Below, one piece after another: positions 54,921 to 64,000 of a stretch of 64,000 nt of DNA. The stretch spans positions 157,852,001 to 157,916,000 of the forward strand of contig OX597815.1 in the NCBI GenBank assembly GCA_951406725.2, given 5' to 3'. A program made the position numbers and the translations under genes. Positions within the stretch are counted from its first letter, which is position 1. Each line of letters starts with the position of its first letter. The notes below the pieces were generated by a model, which was not told where the DNA came from, ran no database searches, and worked only from the letters and a program-made list of their open reading frames with translations. The DNA is from Octopus vulgaris (lineage: Eukaryota).

Positions 54921-55629
54921 GTATTAATTAATTAATTAACAAACACCTGTCACACCATTAATGATTAAACCTATCCTGAGGGGTAAACTGCTGTCAACAG
55001 TATTACCAACACTGCATACCTGCAAGTGTTTCAGTCCTGGATCCTATCATTCTGTAATAACTGCGAATATCATGACAATATATTAATTATTTATGATTAT
55101 CAAAATATTTTGAGTTTCAAATAAATTTTAAACAACATTTGAAATTTTTGCATTGAATTTATGAAGAAATTATTTTAAAACTATTAAATGCATATGCGGA
55201 ATGATTGCTTAAATTGATTGAAAAATTTGTTCAGAGCATGTGATGATCATCGGTAGCGCTGTAGCAGCTATTGTATGATCTAATCATCAACATTCCGCTA
55301 TTTATAATCTGATCTAGTAATCTGAGTGGCAGGCAACTATCAAACCTGATCACAACGAACACTTATTACATATGTCATTACAGGGACAAAATATTTCTAG
55401 AATTTATTTCCAATATATTAATACATATGTAAAATATGTAACTCTTGCCTGGATGATATTTATAACTGAAAGAGAACAGCAGACTTATTTGTTATACTCT
55501 CATAGACATTGAGAAGTGCATGTATGTATGTATGCATTATATATATATATGTGATCTCTTGAGCACCACCAGCAAAAATAAATATTTTTTTCCTCTGTCT
55601 TCCCTTCTCGGGATCTTTCCTTCTCCTTT

Positions 55630-55664
55630 GTTTCCGACGAAGAGCTCCGCTCGAAACGTTAAAC
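55630..55664 (+). ncRNA. Minimal PLE-type hammerhead-like motif
   Basis: gttt CCGACGA a gagc-tcc-gctc GAAA CGTT aaac, with palindromic AACGTT at stem III. Confidence 0.55.
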
Positions 55665-55771
55665 CCTCCTTCCCTTCTTTCCTGAGCGTCAAATAATACT
55701 TTAATTGTTCCACGTCCTCGCGTTGCTGTGTTTTTTCTGTGATTTCTTGTTTGGATTAACTATATATATAT

Positions 55772-56170
55772 AATACAGTGTACATTTAAACACATTAAGA
55801 GGTGTCCATCATAGGACTCCCTTACGCTAGAAGGAACAGCTAAGGTCCAAACCACTAATTAGGGATAAATTCTCGAAGGGAATGAAAATGAAAGCATTTA
55901 CCATCTATTTCCTGGACCGGTTTCTGACTTTTTTAGCAAATAAAATAATTTGCCAGGCGAAGTCTTCGTCCACAGGTACGCCAAGATCAAATATATAAAC
56001 ACGAAGCCAATCCAGCATGTGCCTCTTGCATATACATTTTCATTTTTTTCAAATCCACCGCGCAAGCGCAGCTTTTGTCAGCAGCAACAGAATGCCGGCA
56101 ATTTCATGGAACGAATTCTCCAGAGTCCTATGATGGACACATCTTAATGTGTTTAAATGTACACTGTATT
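55772..56170. repeat. Inverted repeat (arms 55772-55819 and 56123-56170)
   Basis: aatacagtgtacatttaaacacattaagaggtgtccatcataggactc versus gagtcctatgatggacacatcttaatgtgtttaaatgtacactgtatt. Confidence 0.92.
55911..55976 (-). ncRNA. Type I hammerhead-like motif (variant core) in the inverted-repeat spacer
   Basis: Minus strand: cctg TGGACGA a gactt...tggcaaat/atttgcta...aagtc a GAAA C-CG-G TC cagg, with palindromic ACCGGT at stem III. Confidence 0.6.
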
Positions 56171-56257
56171 TTATATGAATAATATATAGTCTATTGACTA
56201 ATTTTTCTATATGCCAGGCCACTGGTAGTAAACATTTCTAAAATCTTTATTACCCTG

Positions 56258-56342
<85 letters not shown>

Positions 56343-56853
56343 CATATATATACATATATATATGTGCGTGTGTGTGTGTGTGTGTGCGTGTATCATTCTG
56401 GTTATATGCATGATAAATGTCACCTGTATAACGAGTTTTCTAAAACGATGCAGTGTCCGATACTGGCTCCATAATGTAATTAAAAACTGTATACCATACT
56501 CTTGCTTACCCAGTTTTTATAATCAGGGGAAAATGCAGTGCTCACAACATGTTACAGGGCCTCTGAGACTGGTGGCAGAAAGAAAAGTGTTCTCAAACCG
56601 GAGACCTGGCTCGAATGCTTGCAACAGAGCGGATTCTACGACTAAAGACACCAAAGACCAGGTCGTGGAATAAACCTGACGACAGACATAAATGAAAAAA
56701 ATAAAGTTATGTTGTACTGTTGTGAATTTCCAGCTGTCTTAAATGCTACAATACTTTAAAAGTTAGTATAAAGACTGATTAAAACGTCTCTAAGTATTTC
56801 GTCCGACGCGTTAACAATTCTGCCATCTCGCTACCTTAATAAAAATAATAATG

Positions 56854-56914
<61 letters not shown>

Positions 56915-56916
<2 letters not shown>

Positions 56917-57313
56917 GTTTCAAATTTTGCCACAAGGGCAACAATTTTGGGGAAGGGGATGAGTCAATTAGATCGACCCCAGTCTTCAACTGGTACTTAT
57001 TTCATCGATCCCGAAGGATGAAAGGCAAAGTCGACCTCGGCAGAATTTGAACTCAGGACGTAGCGGCAGACAAAATGCCTATTTCTTTACTACCCACAAG
57101 GGGCTAAACACAGAGGGGACAAACAAGGACAGACAAATGGATTAAGTTGATTATATCGACCCCAGTACGTAACTGGTACTTATTTAATCGACCCCGTAAG
57201 GATGAAAGGCAAAGTCGACTTCGGCGGAATTTGAACTCAGAACGTAACGGCAGACGAAATACCGCTAAGCATTTCGCCTGGCGTGCAAACGATTCTGCGA
57301 GCTCGCCGCCTTA
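56915..57313 (-). mobile_element. Two adjacent SINE S1 copies with different 3' tails
   Basis: About 56915-57078 and 57079-57313. Confidence 0.85.
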
Positions 57314-57326
57314 AATGATAATAACA

Positions 57327-57360
<34 letters not shown>

Positions 57361-57600
57361 CATTCATAACTATAATGACGAGAGGAATTTTGAGTCGCAC
57401 TTAACCCGTCATAAGAAGAATTGAAACCGTAAAATACCCACTAATTGTCCATTGAGTGATCTATGCATGGACCAATCGACCGTGTCAGTTATTGAGATCC
57501 CTATTATTCTTATAACAATTATTGTTAATACAATTTCTAACGTTATCCTTCACATTATATTAAATTTACTATTATCATTATTATTATTATTATTATTATT

Positions 57601-58033
57601 GAGTGAGAGAGCAGTGCATGCCATCAAAGTGACACTGGGGTAAAATATACGAAGCCCAATATACCCATCATGACTACCCGTCTGATAAGGGTACACCAAG
57701 CACATGCATCACAACCATATGTGCGCGACATGGTGATCTCATATCAAGGTAAACAGCGCATGACCTTGCAGGTGGGGCCCAGTTAGAATTTTCTTCAGGT
57801 CGAGTAGCCCATCCCGCTCAAAAGGTCCCTGAATAAGGGTTGTTTAAGGATGTTGAAAGAACCACCAATGTTTCCAGAGGTGAATTATCCAAACCCCAAA
57901 GAATCCCTCTCAACACATGGCTATGATGCTCCCCCACTACTTCTGCTCATGATCAGAGATGCACATATCGACAGCCACTAAAGGACATGCTCAACTGGTT
58001 AAGGTCAAACAACTGACAAGCAAATCTGTGGTA
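57601..58033 (-). mobile_element. Second copy of the non-coding (TAA)n-inserted element
   Basis: Near-identical to 30157-30589. Confidence 0.85.
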
Positions 58034-58417
58034 TTTATTATTATTATTATTATTATGATGATGATGATGATAATGATGATGATGATACTAATGTACCCAC
58101 GCCGACAGAAAATAAAATTAAAATAAAAACATTACAACATTTATCTCACTAATTTCTTCTACACCACGTTTCTAGTGAAACCCTACCAGCAATGAGTTCG
58201 CCTTGTTTTGGATGGTCCGTTTCAGTATTAACCATTATTCTTCCATTCTCCTCCTCGATGTTCTCTCTCTTTCGATTTCTCTCCTTTGTGCTGTTTTCTC
58301 TTCCGTTTCATCTTGTCGCCTTTGCGATGCTCTCGTCTTTGATATTCTCTCCTCATTGCTACTTGAAGGTGATTTGGCTGGTATTTCAAGCAAGTCGAGT
58401 GTGCACTGCTGCTGCTG

Positions 58418-58451
<34 letters not shown>

Positions 58452-58679
58452 CTTTGGATATCTCTTTTTTGTGCAATTAGGTGCTCCTTTTCATTATGAC
58501 ATCTTCGAGCCTGTCTTCTTGCGTCCAGTTCTTCCCGAGTAAGACTGGCTGTTCTTCACCTTTATCTCTCTCTCTCTCTCTGGCTAACCGTCGCCTTCTG
58601 TCCGATTTATTCTCCATAGCAGGTGGCTTAGTATATTAAATAGAACGTAACATAAACTTCATAACAAATGAGTACATTT

Positions 58680-58713
<34 letters not shown>

Positions 58714-58879
58714 CTGTCTGTCTGTCTGTTTGTCTGTACGTTAGTTTGCTTGTATTTCTGTATTTAACAATACAAAGTCCAAAATTACACAGGATTATAC
58801 TAACAGCATACACACAGAGATTTATTTTTATTTCCAGCAACGTCTACATGTTCTCTAACTCTGCCTGTCTGCCTCTGTC

Positions 58880-58930
<51 letters not shown>

Positions 58931-59477
58931 AATAATATTTCTATAATATTTGTTAACATTTAACTACATAACCTGGTTAGAATTATGATCTACCTTGATA
59001 TAAGCATAAATTTAAACTTTATCCTTAAATTTTGCCTTCATATCATACGTATATTATACGTATATATATATATATTTATTTATCTCATATGTTTCTAGTT
59101 AGCAACTAGGATACATCATATATACATATACTTTTATTTATCTCATGTACCCCTAGTTGGCAACTAGTTAGCAACTAGAAGGTATCTTTTATTTATATTT
59201 ATCACGACACCATAGTTTTCATACGAAACTCTTTTACCAAACGAGCAAGTTACACTGCTTTTATTTATATGCACACAGTAAGGGGGGCTTTCATCTATCG
59301 GTCATTCCAGTCTTCATTATGATGGATTTCATTCATTTGTTCATTCTACTCCAACTCACTTAGTATTATAACCCTTCCTTGCTGACAGTTAAACTGCTTT
59401 TTTATCATTTAAAAAACTTTTTTCTATTGTCCTTTCTTTCTTCCCTTCATTATCACAACTTCTATATACATTATACC

Positions 59478-59706
59478 TATTTCTTTACTTTCCACAAGGG
59501 GCTAAACACAGAGGGAACAAACAAGGACAGACAGACGGATTAAGTCGATTATATCGACCCCAGTGCATAACTGGTACTTAATTTATCGACCCCGAAAGGA
59601 TGAAAGGCAAAGTCGACCTCGGCGGAATTTGAACTCAGAACGTAACGGCAGACGAAATACGGCTACGCATTTCGCCCGGCGTGCTAACGTTTCTGCCAGC
59701 TCGCCG
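59478..59706 (-). mobile_element. SINE S1 with an 11-bp TSD
   Basis: TSD tacattatacc at 59467-59477 and 59707-59717. Confidence 0.92.
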
Positions 59707-59904
59707 TACATTATACCGTCATACCTTTTCCTTCCAATCCCTCCTCTCTTCGTTACTTCTTCTTTATCCACTTTCCCCCTTTTTCCTACACATATTTACT
59801 AGGCTTTGCACTTTCACACTTTCCCCCTCCTTCTATATTTCCTAAAATAACCTTTCCTTTATATGTCGTCTCACTTTTTCTTTATCTAATGTCTCGATGC
59901 CAAT

Positions 59905-60372
59905 AACTACATCAGCATAAAGGAGATCTCGAACAAGGGCCTGGAATGTTTTCGACTATGTATTGAAGCGTTTAACATCAAACACCTTACCTGTGGTTCT
60001 GAAGACGCCGATATCAGATAGTTACAGCAAAATATATGGAAAAAAAGTGTTGGAGCAGCAATATCACCTTGTTTAAGTCCGTTATCGATGGAAATTGGTT
60101 CCAGTAGTGACCCATTGAAGTTAAGACGAGCTTTCATATTACTATTAAGTTGCTTAAACAAGTTGACATATTGAGGTGGACATCCAAGTTTACCAAGAAT
60201 GGTCCAGAGAACGGTCCTAATAACAGTGTCGAAGGCTTTTATTAAATCGACGAATACCTGGTAAAGAGCTATGCGATGTTCGATGCATTTCTTTTAGAGT
60301 TGACGAGCAGAAAAAAATCATGTCCTTTGTGCCACGACATGATCTAAAACCGCACTGACTTTCCAGGATGAC
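59905..60372 (-). mobile_element. RTE-clade LINE RT fragment
   Basis: ESQCGFRSCRGTKDMIF, FVDLIKAFDTV, LGKLGCPPQYVNL and GLKQGDIAAPTLF are present. Confidence 0.88.
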
Positions 60373-60427
60373 AAAGTTTATAAAGCAATACACATGGACG
60401 CTCTCTAAGTATATATGTATCTATCGA

Positions 60428-60659
60428 AAGGCGGCGAGATGGCAGAAACGTTAGCGCGCCGGGCGAAATGCTTAGCGGTATTTCGTCTGTCGCTACGTTC
60501 TGAGTTTAAATTCTGCCGAAGTCGACTTTGCTTTTCATCCTTTCGGGGTCGATAAATTAAGTACCAGTCACGCACTGGAGTCGATATAATCGACTTAATC
60601 CATTTGCCTGTCCTTGTTTGTCCCCCTCTATGTTTAGCCCCTTGTGGGCAATAAAGAAA
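60428..60659 (+). mobile_element. SINE S1 with an 18-bp TSD
   Basis: TSD tatatatgtatctatcga at 60410-60427 and 60660-60677. Confidence 0.92.
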
Positions 60660-62334
60660 TATATATGTATCTATCGATTAATATTGCTATGTTTCCTTCT
60701 CCTCTTTTCTTTCTTCCCCTGTTATCCTTTCTTTCGTCTTCCTCCTCTCTCCTTCTCTGTCTCTTTGTCTCTGTCTGTCTGTCTGTCTCTCTCTCTCGCT
60801 CTCTCTCTCTTTCGGTATCCCCCATTTACTCGTAAATTATTGGCTACTAACTTTTATATACTATACAAGTACAGGGCAAAAATTGCCTCGGAGCTGTTCA
60901 TTTACTATGACAATTATGATATGACAGGTATTCAACTGTTAATTTCGTTTTAGTATATTAGAAGCAATCCGATAGCACGAGTGCAAAATATGCTAATATG
61001 TTGAAGCATGTTAATATCGTCATTGAATATCAGGTGTTTACTTTGAACGAAATATACGTATTTTTAGTAGATGCCCGGAAGATAAAGAAATTTCTGTTCG
61101 AAAGCCAAAATAGCTACATGGAACTACTAGTAATATAGATGACAGAGAAACACAAGACATAGATTTAACTCTCTTCCACATTTCCATGACAAATGTATTT
61201 CTCCAGAATAATCACACTTGCTTATGACCAACAGTGAGCAAATGACAGAACCTTCACATGGCTGTTAGGCTTGCCAGAAACAGCAGTAAACCCCCACTCA
61301 AAAAACTCTTTAAAAAACTCACTCAGAAAAATCATACCATTCTTTCTTATGTAACTAACAGGCACATTTGACAATGTGGTTTTACATATTCCTAAAAAGA
61401 TAGGGTGGTCATATATGGATTAGAGCTTATACAGTGCTAAACAACAATTGCAACAAGTATCAAGTAATTGAGAGGAAATCACTGCACTGGCATTCGACTT
61501 GCTTGAAATACCAGCCAAATCCCCTTCAAATCACATCATATTGTCTGCAAATGGTAGATGCGTACATTCGTAATAATATAATCAGGGTACTCTATACTTT
61601 GAAAAATAAAAAAAATACTGGATTATCAAGGCATAAATGTCTTTAGTCATAAATCAGCGTGATCAGAGTTGACCTGGGGGACTAAACAGCAAAACAACAA
61701 CGTAATGCATACAGAAACCACAATCACGTGATGCTCATATCGTAACATTTTCATTGCTGATACCGACACTTTCTTAAGTTATACCAAGTTACCTTCCCGA
61801 CAAGTTACTGTATCTCTTGCAAGCAATGAAATATTTTCCTTCTGTGCTACTGTATTTGCAACTTTAATCAGCAATCTTTTTGATATGTCACCGAAAAAGA
61901 TATGCATTTCTATAGAATTCCTTTAATTTAGAACCCCGACAACAGTACTCATATACTTCTATTATGATCAGAACAAACTCCTACAATTCATTATATTAAA
62001 AAGGTCTTCCCTACCAGTTAATGTACGCTTTAATTGTAGCGTCTATTTAAGTGAAGTTAGATTCTTCAGTACCTTCGAGTATTGATAAAATAAAAGATAC
62101 CTATGTTGTACTGGAGTCCATTTTCAATTGACTGATACTAGTGTCTTCCAGTCATCTTCAGCAAGAAACTACTGCAAAGAATCCCCAACGAATCTTCGTG
62201 TGCTACTTGTGTGGTTCCAACGATTCACGGAAGTGTCAAAATTAACGCCTTCAGTACCTGATCTGCCCCTCTCGTTTTTTTTTTTTTTTTTATAGATATC
62301 TACAATAGAAAGGATTATGATCCGTATTACTCAG

Positions 62335-62545
62335 ATGGCGAGCTCCTAAAACCGTTAGAACGTCCGACAAAATGCTCACCGGCATTTCATCAGTTTTTTA
62401 CGCTTTGAGTTCAAATTTCACCGAGGTCGACTTTACCTTTCATCCTTTCGGGGATTGATAAAATAAGTACCAGCCAGTTGTGTATTGTAGTCGAGGTGAT
62501 CGGCTTCTCTCTCGTCAAAATTGCTAGCATTGTGTCTGTGACAGA
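62335..62545 (+). mobile_element. SINE S1, diverged
   Basis: ggcgagctcc...gagttcaaatttcaccgaggtcgactttacctttcatcctttcggg. Confidence 0.8.
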
Positions 62546-62870
62546 AAAAAAATTATCATTATCATCATCAGTAGTAGTAGTAGTAGAGTCTGAATTTCTT
62601 TTTATTTATTTATTTATGTTTCTTAAATCTGTTCTTTTAATCAGAAAAATTCTTTGGGATTTGCAAATCTGCGCGGAATTTCTTCAACGCATATAAAATT
62701 TGCTGTATTCATAATTTCTGTTTTGATCGCTTACATCAAAGATATTGAAACGAAATATACTTGTTAAAAACCGCCAGAACTTTCACCAAGTAAACTTCAG
62801 AGTAAGTTCGTCTTCCCCGTACTCATCTTATTTATTTATTTATTTTGTAAGCTAGTTAGTTATTCATTTA

Positions 62871-63190
62871 TTACCTCCTCCTTAATGAAGGCAGGGTATT
62901 GTTTACAGTCGTATTTGTTTGTTTGTCTGTGGACAAGATATCTCAAGAACCACTGGATGGATTCGGATGAAACTTTCATGGATGTTTGGCTTTGTGACTG
63001 GCACGAATTGATTAAATTTTGGGATCGATCCAGTACCGGACAAGGATTCTGGATTATTTTTCCTTTTTTAAATTTTTACTTAATTTTTGAGAGCGGTCGG
63101 GTTCATTTTTAGTATTCTTGTTTGTGAGAGCAGTTGAGTTTATTACAGTTTTCATACTCTAAATACTTGCAATTTCAGATTTTAAGGGAT
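62871..63190 (+). mobile_element. Helentron/HINE (DINE-1-like) non-autonomous element, partial copy
   Basis: Direct repeat of 63421-63690. Confidence 0.7.
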
Positions 63191-63228
<38 letters not shown>

Positions 63229-63294
63229 TTTCATCACAATCCTGAAATCAAACGGTCGTGGTGGGTCAATTAATAAGCAGCTTCGTTTTTCCTT

Positions 63295-63415
63295 GAGTAT
63301 TAATGTTATTTTCTAGTTTCTTATCCGTTTGGATGAAAAACAAATCCCACAAAATTTTGCATTTCTCCAGCTTCACCACTCTTTCGACCCGATTACCATA
63401 CCATGTACGTCTAGC
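63295..63415 (-). mobile_element. Tiny R4-like RLE fragment
   Basis: WYGNRVERVVKLEKCKILWD..IQTDKKLENN. Confidence 0.65.
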
Positions 63416-63420
63416 TATTA

Positions 63421-63785
63421 TTACCTCCACCTTAGCGAAGGCGGAGGTATTGTTTTCAGTCGTGTTTGTTTGTTTGTCCATGGACAAGATATCTTAAGAA
63501 CTACTGGATGGATTCGGATGAAACTTTCAGGGATGTTTGACCTTATGACTGGCATGAACTGATTAGATTTTGGGATCGATTCGGTACCGGGCAAGGATTC
63601 TGGATTATTTTTCCTGTTTTTTACTTAGTTTTTGAGAGCAGTCGGGTTCATTTTTAGTATTCTTGTTTATGAGAGCAGTTGAGTTTATTTCGGACATTCC
63701 CATCTTAAAAATCATCTCTGGCTAATCGTTGAGAGGATGTTGATGTTCCCTTCACGGAGGCTTGCACTCTCTGAGTGCTCTTGTT
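63421..63785 (+). mobile_element. Helentron/HINE (DINE-1-like) non-autonomous element, complete
   Basis: 5' ttacctccacc..ggcggaggta hairpin/subTIR, (GTTT)n, 3' subTIR cggaggc and terminal hairpin gcactc-tct-gagtgc. Confidence 0.75.
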
Positions 63786-64000
63786 ATCACTAATATATGA
63801 AAATTCACAGCTTATTTTGCTGGGTATAATGGAAAGTGTCAGCTGTCCACAGCCAGCAGACTAAGGTGACACATGTTTACTGATCGTGCTGCATGAACCC
63901 TGGAAAGCATTCTTGCAGTTCCAAGCAATGATGTCTTTTTTTAGGTGTTCTACCTTCATACTTGTACCAAACTTTTTCAGCCATGTTGGTAGTTGAGTGC

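Overview
This is AT-rich, microsatellite-dense eukaryotic DNA. The tRNA-derived SINE families suggest an octopus or other coleoid cephalopod, but this is recalled, not searched. Almost all real coding signal belongs to transposons: (i) a minus-strand pile-up of at least four R4/Dong-like RLE non-LTR retrotransposon lineages in (TAA)n arrays, including a near full-length ~4.1 kb copy at 15.4-19.5 kb; (ii) several Penelope-like (RT + GIY-YIG) relics; (iii) a young 5'-truncated CR1-clade LINE with an open 641-aa RT ORF; (iv) RTE, mariner, hAT, Helitron, Helentron/HINE-like and pogo-MITE relics; (v) many SINEs, several with clear TSDs. Most ORFs in the supplied track are microsatellite or antisense artefacts. 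No host gene is securely identifiable; there is one weak candidate micro-exon near 3.0 kb. The most interesting signal is a set of about eight type-I hammerhead ribozyme motifs, one with a fully canonical core at 20465-20524 (-). They lie in short non-coding islands, mostly inside (TA)n, and two sit in the spacer of long inverted repeats. Together they suggest a diversified family of non-autonomous, ribozyme-bearing Penelope derivatives (retrozyme-like). Also notable are a non-coding (TAA)n-targeted passenger element, an inter-family R4 chimera, recurrent poly-Glu expansion at one site of the R4 ORF, long fold-back palindromes and short locally templated insertions. All folds and alignments were done by eye.
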